DNA of 64,000 nt from the human T2T-CHM13v2.0 reference genome, Homo sapiens. The translations under genes and the position numbers were made by a program. Positions 13,353 to 28,435 of the stretch are shown piece by piece (the first letter of the stretch is position 1; every line of letters starts with the position of its first letter). The notes below the pieces were generated by a model. The model ran no database searches. It was not told where the DNA came from and saw only the letters and a program-made list of their open reading frames with translations. Where the stretch lies: the NCBI RefSeq assembly GCF_009914755.1, contig NC_060926.1; one strand, given 5' to 3'.

Positions 13353-14219
13353 AGCACTTTTCTGCTGGGCTCCCCCCAGGCAGCAACCCAGCATCCTGGT
13401 GAGCACCAAGCCTCAGACTGTTGCAGTGCTTTTGCCGTTTGACCATCCCCGCTGGTGACATGGGCATTGGCTGCCCCACAGCTGCCCGCCCTGCCCCAGG
13501 CAGGCCTCCTGGTACACAGTTGGTACCACCACCGTTTAAGACATACCCGGGGTGAAGTGAAAAAGCAATGCTCCACCCAGCGACTTGGGAGGGCAGATTC
13601 GGCTGCTTGGCAGGGAGCAGGAGGAGGGGTGAGGGGGTGCTGGGATTGGCATCTGCGCATCCTCCTGAGGCCTCCTGGGCCTTCAGGCCACTCCACAACA
13701 GTGGCCCTCATTGTGCCGTGGAGACTTGACCAACTCCCACAGACACGTGCTGCACACCCTACCCAGGCACGTGGCTGGGGCTTCTCTCCCAGGGTGCCCA
13801 GCCCAGCCCAGCTACTCTGCTAGGACTCCTGTGTGCTCTGGCCTGGTGACTGGACCACAGCACAGATGGGATCTCGGGCTGTCCCCACTTCTGCCCCTTA
13901 AAGCCCAGGCTGCTGCCTCTCCCATGCGCCACCCCACTCTGCCTGCCTCTCTGCCTTCCCCAGCCAAGGTCCCAGCTCAGCTTCCCAGGGTCCCTTCTGG
14001 GTGGGTGGAAGGCAGGGAGTTTTCTTATGGTTTCCCTGCCTACCAGGGCCTGGCCAGGGGACCAGGGGATGGGGAGGGAGCTGGGAGCTGTTGGTGTCGC
14101 CCGGCCTCAGTATGTAAGCTCTTCCTCCCCACCTTGGCATTTCTGCTGCGGCTCTTTCTGGTTGTCCCCAGTGTGTCCCCAGTGTGGTCCCCAGTGGCCA
14201 CGGGTGTGGACTCTGTTCA

Positions 14220-14390
14220 GGGTTCAACTTGGAACCTCACTTAGTGGCAACTGATATCAGGAAAGTGATTTAACCTCCCCATGCGTTTACTCTTTTTTAA
14301 AAAATCTGTCAGATGGGGATACTAATGGTATTTGGCTTTCAGGGTTGTCTCAGTACTAAGTGGTGTTAGAGACTTAGCACAGGCTGGTGA
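14220..14390 (+). mobile_element. MIR fragment
   Basis: ggttcaac...aagtgatttaacctc...atctgtcagatggggatactaatggta...agggttgt. Confidence 0.5.
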
Positions 14391-16476
14391 AGGTCAGAGG
14401 GGTCATGAGGACCATCCCTGCCACAATCCCTCTCCTCTCAGGGAGGCTGGAATCAGGGAAATGACCAATTGACCATTCAATGGAGCCCTGCGAAAGGCTA
14501 CAACAGGCTGTCCTGTGCGCTGTCCCAGAGTCCAGATTCTCCTATGAAAATGACCTGCTCTAGTTAAGAGGCTGGTTTGCAAAGTGTTTCTGAAACGACT
14601 TTTCAAATCATGACCTAAGTTTCCACAGAAATGCTACAGGGACAAACAGGAGGCTGGTGGGTGTGCTCTGTCCCCTCCTCCATCCAACAAGGGCCACTTT
14701 GTCTCTGCAAACTCCTTTAAATATTGTGTTCCATGTAAGAGTTTTTAAAAAATACATGACATACTGTTAAACAAGTTTGAACATGAATACATCCATAATA
14801 CATTTTTTTTGGTAAAGTTTGGGCACCACTGTGGTAAAATGTCATCATCATCGTGATTATCATCACCATTTTTGAAATAAAATCATACAGCATTCTGCCA
14901 CAGGCCAGGCAGTCTTCTGAATTCTGGTTAATTCTAATATCTATTTTAATAGGGGAGATTTTTCAGGCTAAGAAAGTGAGCTGCAACTCTGTGTGTTGTG
15001 TCCACGCCTGTCATGAAACGACTCTTTAGACCCCTGGTGTAAACTGAAGGAGGGTCCCTTCGGGAGGTGCTGGGATCTCAAGGTCTCCTGGGATTGGACT
15101 CTGTCCTCCCCTGGTGAGGTTAGGGCTCACTGAGGGGCCATCCTGGGGGCTCAGTGCCTCTGAGGCTTCCGTATATCGGTCAGTCAGCTGCTAAGCTTGG
15201 AAAGGGTCTGAGCCCTGTGGTCAGGACAAGCACCAAGCTCTGGGGTCCGACACCACAGAGTTTGAGGAGCACCGGCACCAGCCAGCCAGGGGTGAATTGC
15301 AGCCGCCCAGTATTCTCCTCTGGTGGTGGTGATGATTAGATGACCGGGTGTCTGTCCGGCCTGTATTATGATGGTGCCAGGGACTCTGCAGCTTTCACTC
15401 CTCTGTGGGCAGGATTCTTTAGGAAAAGTAACAGAAACTGGCTGGACAACTTAAGGAGAGGGAAGCTTTTGGAAGATTCTAGGGCAGCCGTCAGAACTGA
15501 AGAATGATTTGAATTAAGCCAGGACAGGAGTCAAAGCAGGAGTCCCAGGACTGTGTCGTCCTGTGCTAAGAATTGGCCCCACAGCGAGAGAGCATTTGAG
15601 GCTCCTCTCCTGGCTGAGGGAGGGTGGGCTGCTTGGTTGGCCATTCCATCAAGGTTGGATCTAGTGAGGAGGAGGTTCCCCAAGAAAAACAGAGGTCCTG
15701 CTACCTGAAGGAGGGAACAGACATGGAGTGGGCAGTTGCCTCCACTTAGCTGGTCTCTGCTTGCATGCTCATTCTCTTCCCATCTGTCTTGCATACAGCT
15801 GTCTAATCAATCTAAACCACCATTTGCATCTGAGCACTTGCGTCTGAGTGTTGCTACATTAGAGTTGATGATGGACTGAGGCATTCTATCTTTTCTTCTG
15901 GGCTTGTTATTTCTCTTTAGTTTTGAATTCTAGATCTAGCAACTTTGCTAGCTCCATCCTTTCCAGAATTCAAAGTCCACTCCTTTCAGTCCATCAAATT
16001 GGCCATCAGTTTCTTCCAGGGCAGAGACCATGTCTTCCTCTGCTCCCTGTTTCTCTCTCTCTCCTCCCTGTCACTGGCCTCTCACTGCCCCAGTGCCTAG
16101 GAGAGGGCCCCACCATCATGCTCATGTGTCCTTCTGTGCAATGAGGTTGTTGCAATTGGGGCACTCAAGAGTATGATGATGGGCGCATCAAGTCATATGA
16201 TGAAAGATCAGGCAGTTGTTAAAATCATGCTTATGAAGAAATGTTAATGACACAGATAAATGCTCATGGAATGTCAAATGAAAAAAGCAGGACCTTACAC
16301 AGAATATATCACACAGAAGGCTTGAGGAAAAAGCACACAAGAAAATGCTACAAAATATTAATAGTGGTTGTTTTTAAATAGAGGAATTTTGTGTGATTTA
16401 TATTTTCTTCTTTCTACTTTTCTGCATTTTAAAATTTCTTTCAAGGATTATATATTACTTCCATTTTAGTGCTTGC

Positions 16477-16778
<302 letters not shown>

Positions 16779-17169
16779 TGGTATTATTTGTATAATGAGA
16801 AAACAAGGTTAAAAATTATTGAAAAGTAACAGAAGCATCTGTGTTCTGAGGTGATGCTGCCCAGCTTGATGGAATATGAATGGGATTCAATATTTTCCCC
16901 TTTATCCAGGTGTTTCATTATTTTACAGGAAGGTAAAGGGAGATGTAATTAAAACAAACAAAACAAAACAAAATCCTCAACCCCCGCAAGACCACATTTC
17001 CCATCCTGATTTTTAGATTCTATTGGAGAACAGAGTAAAATCAGGTGGATTTATCAGGGTACCTCCTGGAGGAGAACCTGGAGACATTCTCTGTCTGCAC
17101 TCAAGGAATGTGCCCAAATGTGGATAAAATATGCATCCCTTCCAGTGTCATGTGATGCTTATCCGACTC

Positions 17170-17360
17170 TGGAACTGGAATAAAACAAACTGCTGTTAAA
17201 ATCTTGACTCAGCTGTTGACCTTAAGCAAGTCATCATTTACTCGTTCTCATCTGCAAAATGGGAATGATGACACCTTCCTGGCCAGGCTGTTGTAAAGAT
17301 AATGATCCTCCTTATAGCATGTCTTGTCTGGTGCCCGGCACACAGTAGGGGTTCAACCAT
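17170..17360 (+). mobile_element. MIR
   Basis: gaccttaagcaagtca...ttctcatctgcaaaatgggaatgatgac...ggctgttgtaaagat...cccggcacacagtagg. Confidence 0.65.
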
Positions 17361-19369
17361 GATGTGCTTTTTCTGCGAACACCTCTGTGTGGGCTCCAAG
17401 GGCAGAGTTCACTGTGGCCTCCCTGTTTCTCCTGCTCCAGTGGCAGGTCCCATAGCTGCTGGGGAGAAGCATCTGAATATTCCTGTCCCGAGTGTCACAA
17501 GAAGGTCTGCAGATGTCTGATAAGCAGCCAAGGAAGGGGAATCAGAGTGAAGGAAAGGCAAGGATTAAAAAAGAGACAGAGGGGCATGAAAAAGAGAAAA
17601 TGGCAATTGTGTAATTATAAAAGATAATATAAATGCCTATTTTCTTTTTCTCTCTTAACTGATTTAAAAAGCAATTGTATAAAATAATATGTTTATAGTA
17701 TATTGCAGGGTGTGTAAAGTATAGAAATGTAATCTATTTGCCAATAATGGCACAAAGGAGGTGAGTGGGAAAAAAAGCTGCTCTGGGCGAAGGAAAAGAC
17801 TACAGATAGCAAATTAACAATTATAGCAATGTATTGTTAGGTTTGTAACATTAATAGATGTAATATGCATAACAGTGATACCATAAAAAGAGGGGGGAAT
17901 AAAATAGAACTATATAGGGATAACACTACTATATGTCACTGAAATTAAGCTAGTATAAATATGAAACTGATTTTGATAAGTTAAGATATACATGGTAAGC
18001 CCTAGAGCAATGACTAAAAACACAACCCCAAAATATAGTGAAAAAATTATCAAACAAATTATAATACTGCATTAGAAAATAATACAATAGAAAGGGTAGA
18101 AGAGAATAGCAAAACGAAAAGAGAGACAGGGGACATAGAAAATAAAAAGTAAAATGGCGAATGTCAAGGCAGCTATATCAATAATACATTAAATGAATAA
18201 ATTAAGCAATCCAGTCAAAAGGCAGAGATTGTCAGACTGGATAAAACATGATTCAGCCATATGCTATCTATAATACAAAATACACAGTTTAGAGTCAAAG
18301 ATACAAATAAACTGAAAGTAAAAGAATGGAAAAAGACACATTATGCCAAGAGCAATCACAATAAAGCTGGGTGGTCATACTGATATCAGACAAAATAGAC
18401 TTTAAAACCAAAAATATTAGTACAAAGAGACATTTTATGATGATAATAGGGTCAATTCATCAGGACGATACAACAATTATAAACATGTATGCAACTAATA
18501 ACTGAGCACCCAGATAGATGAAACAAAAGCTGACAGAAATGAAGAGAGAAATGTACAATTCAACAGTAATTGTTGGAGACTTAAATAACCCACTTTTAAT
18601 AATGTATTGAACTAAACATAAGATTAACAGGAAAATAGAAGACTTGAATAACACTGTAAGCTAAATAGACTTAACACATATCTACAGAACATTCTGTACA
18701 ACTACAGAATATATATTGTTTTCGAGTACACATAGAACATTCTCCAGGATAGACCAGAAGCCATAAAACAAGCCACAACAAATTTAAAAGAGTGGAAATA
18801 ATACAAAGTACAATATCCAATTATAATATGAATTAGAAATCAATATCAGGGAAAAAAAAACTTGTAAAACTCACAAATATGTGGAAATTAAACAACATAC
18901 TCCAAAATAGCTAATGGATCAAAGAAGAAATCAAAAGTGAATCAGAAAATACTCTCACATGAGTAAAAACAAAGACACAACATACCAAAATTCATGGGAT
19001 ACAGCAAAAGCAGTGCTAAGAATGAAAATTTGTAGCTGTAAATGCCAATATTAAGAAAAAACAAAGATTTCAAATCAATAACCTAAACTTCCACCTTAAG
19101 ACACTTGAGAAAAAAAGAGCAATCTAAACCTAAGGCAAGCAGAAAGAAGGAAATAAAAAGACTAGAGTATAAATTAATAAAATAGAGAATAGAAAAACCA
19201 TCTGAAAAATTCAATGGAATAAAAACCTGGTTCTTTGGAAAGATCAACAAAATTGACATTTAGCTAGACTTATTGAGGAATGAAAGAGGACAATAACCTG
19301 AATTGGAAATGAAAGAGGATATATTAGTATCAATATTACAGAAATTAAAAGGACCATAAAGAAATACTA

Positions 19370-19693
<324 letters not shown>

Positions 19694-20283
19694 ATACTAT
19701 AAACAACTGTATGCCTAAAACTTAGATAATGAAGATGAAATGTACAAATTTCTAGAGAGACACAAACTACTAAAACTGACTCAAGAAGAAATAGACAAAC
19801 TGAATAGACCTGTAACAAATGAAGAGATTGAATTAGTAATCAAAAAAACTACCTACGAAGAAAAGCCAAGGTCCAGATCGCGTCACAGCTGAATTCTACC
19901 AAACACTGAAAGGAGAATTCATACCAATCTCTCACAAACTCATTCAAAAAATAGAAGAGAAAGTAACATCTACAAATTCACTTTGAGGCCAACATTACCC
20001 TGGTACCAAAACCAGTCAAAGTTATCACAAGAAAACTACAGATCGGTATAATATCTTTCATAAATATGGATACAAATATTGTCAACAAAATGCTAGCAAA
20101 CTGAATCCAATAACATATTTTTAAATTATGCACTGTGACCAAGTGGAATTTATCCCAGAATGCAATGTTGGTTCAACATGTAAAAATCAATTATTGTAAT
20201 GCACCATCTCAATAGAATAAAAAATAAAAACCACACAATCATCTCAATAGAAACAGAAAAAAGTATTTGACAAAATTCAACAC

Positions 20284-20581
<298 letters not shown>

Positions 20582-21002
20582 CAAAATCCAACATATTTTT
20601 ATGATAAAAACACTCAACAAACTAGGAGTAGAAGGGAGCTTCTTCAATTTGATAAAGAGCATCTATGAAAAATCCACAGCTAACATCATACTTAATGGTA
20701 GAAGACTGGACGCTTTCTCCCTAAGATCGGGAATAAGAAAAGGATGCCAGTTCTTACCACTCCCATTTAACATTGTGTGGAGGTTCCATCCCAGGCAATT
20801 AGAAAAGAAGAAATTACATTATCTTAATTCACAGATGACATATCTTGTATAGAAAAATCTTTTAAAAATTAGGATATCCACTAAGAAACTATTAAAGCTA
20901 ATAAATGAGTTCATTGAGGTTGCAGAACACAAGACCCATATAAAAATTAATTGTATTTTTATACACTTGCAGTAAACAATCCAAAAATGAAATTAAGAAA
21001 TC

Positions 21003-21075
21003 AATTACATTTAAATAGCATCAAATAAATTACATTTAAGTAGCATCAAATAAATTACATTTAAATAGCATCAAA
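21003..21075 (+). repeat. 25-bp tandem triplication inside L1
   Basis: AATTACATTTAA(A/G)TAGCATCAAATA, about 3 copies. Confidence 0.9.
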
Positions 21076-22565
21076 ATTTGTACATAAGATATGTACAAAT
21101 AAGTTTAACAAAAGAAGTGCAAAACTTATACTCTGAAAACTAAAAACATTGTTGAACAAAATTAAAGATCGAAATAAACAGAAAATCGTACTGTGTTTAT
21201 AAATCACAGATTTAATCATGTTAAGAGGGCAATACTTCCCCAATTGATCTACGTATTTAATATAATCCCTATCTGAATACCAGTTATTTTCTTTGTTGAA
21301 ATTGACAACTTAATTCTAAAATCCATATGGAATTACAAGGAGTTACAAATACCTAACACAATTTTGAAAGAGAAGAACAAAATACAAGGATTCACATTTC
21401 CCAATTTCAAAACTTACTACAAACAATGATAATGAAGACAGAGGAGGCAATGGCACAAGGATAGACATGTAGATCAATAAAATATAATTGAGAGGCCAGA
21501 AACAAATCCATACATCTATGGTCAACTGATCTTCAACAAGGATTTCAATACCATTCAATGGGGGAAAAATATTCTTTTCAGCAAATGGTGCTGCCACATG
21601 TAAAAGAATAATGTTGGATCCTTACCTCATACCATATACAAACATTAATGTAACATAAATTAAAGCTGTTATAACCATAAAACTGTCAGGAAAAAACATG
21701 GGTAAATCTTCATTATCTTGGACTTGGCAAAGGATTCTCAGATATGATATTAAAAGCATAAACAACCAAAGAAAAAATAGATAAGTTGGACATTCATATA
21801 TGTAGAAAGAGCTCTTACAATTCAATAAGACAATGACGTTCTAATTTTAAAATAGGCAAAGGGTATAAACAGTCATGTCTCCAAGTAAGATGTATAAATG
21901 GCTAATAAGTACATGAAAAAATACTCAATTTCATCATTATCAGAAAAATTGTCATCAAAAAATGCAAATCAAAACCACAGTGACAAGCCACCTCACTCTC
22001 ACTAGGATGGTAGGATGCGATCCAGCAATTCCACTCCTAGGCATACACCCAACAGGAAGGAAAACATTTGTCCACACAAAAACTTGTACATGTTCATAGC
22101 AGCATTATTCATAAGACATGAAGAGTAGGAGTAACCCAAATGTCCATCAACTGGTGAACAGGTAAACAAAATATGGTATAGTCATACAAAGGAATATTAT
22201 TTGGCCATAATAAGAAATTATATATGGATACATGGGTGAGCCTTGAAAACATTATGCTAAGAAGCCAGTCATTCATATCAATTATGTAATATAGAAGTCC
22301 AGAATAGGGAAACCTATAGAGACAGAAAGTAGGTTAGCGGTTGCTCAGGGCTGGGAGGGTAGGGTAGGGGCATTAAGCGGTGAGAACTAAACGGTACAGC
22401 ACTTCCTTACAAGGTGATGAAAATACTCTAAAGTTGATTGTGGTGATGGGTGCATGTGTCTGTGGATATGTCAAAAAACATTGAACTGAACATTCAAATA
22501 AGTGAATTGTAAAATATATGAATTATCTCTTAATAATGCTGTTAAAAACAAACAAATATCAGTAA

Positions 22566-22889
<324 letters not shown>

Positions 22890-23344
22890 AGTAAAATTTT
22901 TAAAGATAGGAAAAGAGAAAATGGAGAGAGAAACAAAAAAAGAAAAGGTAACAAATGTCAACATCAGTAAATAACCTTAGTTGGGGAGACACATGAAGAT
23001 GTTGGCAATTGTGTGGAATAGCACATAAGCTGACATTAAATGAAATGTCACCAAATGCCAAAAAGAACAAGAGTGGCCCCCAAGGCAGCCTAGAACCACA
23101 GAAGCTGAGGTCCTAGCAAGGGCACTGCTGGATTGAATGTGCTCTGGGGAATTTATGGACTTCCTCAAGAGGCAGAGATCCAGGCCCAGGTGGACATTAG
23201 ACCTCCACTTGTTTGTCCATGACGTGAGTGGCTGCTTGGCTCAATAGGATAATAATTTTTGCATACTAGAAGACTTTCTTTTTTTGCACTCTTCAAAGTG
23301 TAACACTTCCAGACACACACACTTTTAATGTAATGTAATCTGCA

Positions 23345-23492
23345 TTTTTTTTTTTTTTTGAGATGGAGTCTTTTAGTAGAGACGGGGTTTCACCATGTTG
23401 GCCAGGCTGGTCTTAAACTCCTGACCTTGTGATCCACCCACCTTGGCATCCCAAAGTGTTGGGATTACAGGCATCAGCCACCGCGCCCAGCC
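23345..23492 (-). mobile_element. Internally deleted Alu (most of the right monomer missing)
   Basis: poly(T)-gagatggagtc joins directly to ttttagtagagacgggg. TSD aatgtaatct(g/t)cattttt on both sides. Confidence 0.88.
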
Positions 23493-23509
23493 AATGTAAT
23501 CTTCATTTT

Positions 23510-23879
23510 TAACATTCCTTTATCACTGAAATCAGTAATGTTATAAGCTGAATTTGTAGCATTTGCTGATTTCTGTAGTGGAAATACCCCCACCATGGTC
23601 CATTTAAGGGTACCACCGTGATGTCACTGATGCTTGTTGGGAGGAGACCTGCAGCGGCCACCACTGAATACCATCCCCACCACCTAGGTACACCAGGTGC
23701 CAGTAACCTCAACAGCACAGGGGCAGGAGTAAAGCAATTTGGAGGAGGTGAATTCTGTGTATTTATTGCCTCTTGTTGTCATATAACGTGCTTCATTGTA
23801 GGTTTATATAATTTAATTTTTGGCAATGGCTGTGTTTAACAACATCGAGCCAGGACTGAGTGGCTCCAGTGCACCGCTG
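23510..23879 (+). mobile_element. MER63-like hAT DNA transposon fragment
   Basis: aatacccccaccatggtccattt...gatgtcactga and terminal gtttaacaac...ggctccagtgcaccgctg. Confidence 0.5.
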
Positions 23880-25214
23880 AGCTTCAGTGACCTTGGGCAA
23901 GTTAGTTGCCCTCTCTGAGCCTCCCTCTGAGGCCAGTGAATGGATACTTATATGAACCACCTCCTGGGAAAGTGAGAGGGCAAGGAGGCAGCCTGTCCTC
24001 CCTGAGGCTCTGTGAATGCTGGAAGCCTACCCCAAGCGGGTTGACTCTTCTGTTCCCATGGAGATATTTCAGGACTGTCTCCTGCCTTAAGTCAAGAGTC
24101 CCAGAAACAGACTGTGAGGTGGAGGAGTGGGTGTTGATGTATGTGCTTTGGGAGGTGAGAGGGAGAGAGGAGACGCTGACCGTGGTGCGGCGCAGCCCAG
24201 GCATCCGACCAGCAGCAGTGGAGACCTAAATCCCATAGCGCAGGCCTCGGCGCTGGCGCTTGCTTTTTCCTCCGCCTGCCCGACCTCCCCCATAGCATGG
24301 GGGACTGCTCCTCACTTCATTCAGGTTCAAACGTGCCTGCCATAGAGTGGAGGATGACCCTGACTTCTACACCGGAGAGCTTTGTCTCTGTCCTGTCACT
24401 CTTCAGGACGTCAGGCCATCATTGCCGGTGCGACGGGTGCCGCGCTCAGCTCAGTGCGGCCAGGTCCTTGTTCTAATCTGTCCGGTGCCCACTAATTACA
24501 GTCCCTCGGTCAGCGCCTGGCACATAAAGAGGCTTGGCTCACCGCTGCTGCTGAATGAGGAAAGTGCTTCTCCTGTGCTGAAGGATACGGGGGCACTGCT
24601 TGCACGTCAGCCGCGTGGCCGGGGGCGGGGTGGGGGGGGGCTCATGCCGGTGACATAGCCTTAGTCTCCCCCTCTGTAAAGTGGGAGTGATTCTCACGTC
24701 TGCCGCGTGGGGGTGCTGTGCCTGACTCTGGGGAGCTGTCTGCGTGGATCCACGGAGCACTGAGCACGGAGCCTGGAGCTTGGTGGGCACCATGGAGACG
24801 GTGCCCTGACCCTCCCAGAGCACTGCACCAACACCACCATGCCTACTCTGCCACGGGGCCTACTTATGTTCTCTCCAATCGCCTTCCCAACCTACCATGG
24901 CAGGCTATACAGATGAGGAAGCTGAGGCTCAGACGCTGTCAAGAACTCAAGAATAGGGGCCGATGTGTGTCTGGGCTGGGGTTGGAAAGCAGGCCAGCAT
25001 GTCCCCAGACACTCTCACGGCTGCCTCAGCCTCTGCTCAGATGTCCTCTTCTGATCATTCTGTTCAGCCCATTCCTGTTTCCTGCTTTAATCTCTGTAGT
25101 ACATCTCATTGTGTAACTTACTACCTATTTTACTTGCTCACTTGTTGGTCTGTCAGCCCCAGGAGGACGGGAACTTTGTCCATCTGCGAGGGATGCAGGA
25201 AGGCACAGAGAGGC

Positions 25215-25480
25215 TTCAAAATATATTGGCTAAGAGCTCAGGGTCTGGAGTGGTCCTGATTCCAGGGTTACTGGTGCACATTCCAGATTCATCTCTCACA
25301 AGCTGTGTGGCTTTGGATGAGTTACTTAACCTCTCTGTGACTCAGTTTCCTCATTCTCAATACAGAGATAGGAATGGTACCCACCTCCAGGTTGTTGAGA
25401 AGATTAAATGAGATGATAGCTGGGAGGTGCTTAGCAAGGTGTCTAGTGCAGAGCAAGCCCTCCATAAATGTGAGCATAAA
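25215..25480 (+). mobile_element. MIR
   Basis: agctgtgtggctttggatgagttacttaacctctctgtgactcagtttcctcat...gttgttgagaagattaaatgagatgat. Confidence 0.8.
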
Positions 25481-26329
25481 CAAAACAGCTGGTGGAGTGG
25501 CTCCTCTCAGCTTCTGTCTGTCATCAAGGACCTGGGGGTTCCAGTATGGCTCCTCACAATGCCTGCATTCAGCCAGAGAGAAGGGAGAAAAGGACAAGGC
25601 GAGGCACAGCCCTGCCCTTTAAAGACAACGCGGAAATGGGGCATCATTACTTCTGCTTAACACCCCACTGGCCATGATTAGTCACATGGCCAAATCTGCT
25701 GCAATAGAGTCTGGGAAATGATTTCTGTAGTCTAGATGGCTGGAAATCCAGCTGACAGTGGAGAGAAAGGGAAGACAGATACTGGGGAACCACTAGAAGC
25801 TCTGCCACATGAATTTATTCAGCATTGAAATTTCTATTTAGTAGTACCTCCTCCAGGAAGACTTCCCTGATTACTCTTCCCTCCCCAGCCCCATGGGTCT
25901 CTTCTCTCCTCCTCTCCCCTTTCCCACACTGTTCTGTCTAGCACTGGTAGCACTGGATTTAATTTAATTGAATCTAATTGTCCACCTTTTCCAAGGGACT
26001 CCTTACCTGCCTCCTGTCATCCAACACAGATGACCCCAAAATCCATTTTAAAAACCTCAGAGCAGAAACAGGAGATCAAACGAATGAGTATTAAAAGCAG
26101 ATAATGTAAGGTGAAGACAGGGGAGGTCAGAGTCAAAACTGCAGGGGTGGGTGCTGGAAGAAGGAAGAGAGCCAGTGCTGACCTGTGTCCACGCCATGTG
26201 GGGCATGGGATAGGGGCCGACAGGGAACAGCTTCTTCACTGGCTCCCACTGCCCACCTCCTCCTTCAACTCATTCCTCTCCCAGCAGCCTGGGGGCTTTA
26301 AGAGTCAGTGCTTTTTCTTCTGTTTAAGA

Positions 26330-27270
26330 ACAACTTCTTACTCTTCATAATACATGAAAAGTTCAGATAACCCAATAAGATAAGAAATCTAATAGGAAAA
26401 TAAGCAAAAGACATGAAAGGAAATTTACAGGAGAGTTAGCACACCTGGCTAAGAAATGTATCAAAAGTTGTCCTACCTTAAAATTAATTGAAGGAATGAA
26501 AAATTTAAATAACACTGACAAATCATTTTTAACAGACTTTATTTTTTGGAGCAGTTTTAGGTTCTTATAGCAAAATCGAGCCGAAGGTACTGAGAAATTC
26601 CATACATACCTTGAGCCCACACACCACAGCCTCCCCCACTGCAACATCCCCCACAGGAAAGAATTTTTCATCTATCAGTTCAGTAAAGATTCAAAGGGAA
26701 CCCATATACAATGCCAGTGGTGTTGCTGTACTTGTTTTTGAGGGAAAATATGGAAATTTTTATGAACATTTCAAATGTGCTTACCATTGACTCAATAATG
26801 CAGGTTCTAAGAATGTGTTGTACCTGCACAGATGCATTAAGTATGTATAAGGATGTTTATTTCATCAATTCCCAGAGAAACAACAACAACAACCACCGAA
26901 TGGAAGTACTCTAAATGTAGATGGCTGGGAGAAGATAAGATAAATAATACCCATGAAAACAGTAGACTCCTTTGACCCTATTAAAACAATGAAATTGATC
27001 AGTCTGCACTGATATGGAAAGACGTCAATGATTGTTAGATATAAAAGCAGCATACAGAACAATGTTTATCTCTGTCTATGTTTGTTAAAAAAGTAAAGAT
27101 GTAAAGAAAAATGTCTGTAAAGATCTAGAAGCAGTGGTTAGCCTGAGAAAAAATGGAAGTGGAGAAATACATGCTCTATTTTACTCATTTTCTAAAAAAA
27201 CCTAGCATATGTTATTTTTGCAATCAGAAAAAACAATAAAAGTATTTCCACACACACACAAAACAAACTA
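26330..27270 (+). mobile_element. Ancient L1ME-like 3' fragments, with a short antisense L1 3' piece at ~26525-26655
   Basis: AT-rich degenerate L1 3' features. The insert reads ttttttggagcagttttaggttc...agcaaaatcgagccgaaggtac. Confidence 0.45.
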
Positions 27271-27981
27271 GAAAGTCAGACCTGATTAAAATTTGTGATT
27301 TGCAAATATTCTTTGATGAGAGATGGATAATCAGGATGGACTCAGCCAACTGTGGAATGGCTGAACATCAGCAAACCTACATTCCACCTTAGCTGGTTCC
27401 TTGTCCCAGGATAATGACCCAGGCACACCCCTGGGAGGCAGTTCCACTTCTTTGCAGCCTCATTTTCCATGACTTCCCCAACAGGTTGCCTCTTCTGGAC
27501 ATCCTTTCATTCCTTATCCCACTGGAACTGCCCCTCCTCCCATCATAGCTTATCATAGTCACTCATGACCTCCAAGTTGTAAATCCCACTTATCTGTGCC
27601 CCTCTTTACTTCTCAGCAGTTTTGAAAGCCCTGCTCTGCCCTGTTCTCAGTTTTTGGGCATGCCCTCACCCTGAGGTTCTTATCAGTCCCAGCCCCACCC
27701 TCGGCCCCAGGCTGCCCCTCTCAGCCCCCTTCTCCTCTCATCTGGATGTGGGAGCGCTGGTTCTGACCCTGCCCTTTCCCTTCCTTGTCTCTATTCCTCC
27801 CCAGGGGACCTTACCCGGCCCTTCCTCCCTTTCTCCTGGCAGGACCCCACAAGTTGTTTCCCTCCACTGTTTCATACTGACAGAGGAAAGAGACAGAAAT
27901 GGAGACAGAAAGGCGGGCCTCCAAAGATGTGCAAGCTTGTAGGACCTGATTTTCCTCTCCTCAAACTAAAGGAGACCAGGC

Positions 27982-28435
27982 TGTCAGGCTCTGAGCCGAA
28001 GCTCAGCCATTATAACCTCTGTGACCTGCACATACATACACATCCAGGTGGCCTGCAGGAGCCAAGAAATGGGGAGCAGTCAAAAAACCACAAAGAAGGA
28101 AAACAGCCAGTTCCTGGCTTAACTGATTAACCAACATTACAACATTTTACTATTGTGACTTGTCGCTGCCCTACCTTAGCTGGCCAATCGACTTTGTGAC
28201 ATTCTTCTTCTGGACAATGAATCTTATGATCTCTCCACCATGTACGTTGTAACCCCCTCCTCTGCTAACAATAACCACATTTTACTGTAATTTTCCATTA
28301 CCTACCCAACTCCCTTCCCCATTTCCCTTTGCTGACTCTCTTTTCGGACTCAGCCCACTTGCACCCAAGTGAATAAACAGCTTTATTGCTCACACAAATC
28401 CTGTTGGTGGTCTCTTCACACGGACGTGCTTGACA
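27982..28435 (+). mobile_element. LTR7C-like (HERV-H family) solo LTR
   Basis: tgtcaggctctgagccgaagctcagccatt...cctggcttaactgat...aataaacagctttattgctcacacaaa...ggtggtctcttcacacggacg...tgaca. Perfect 5-bp TSD CAGGC at 27977-27981 and 28436-28440. Confidence 0.9.
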
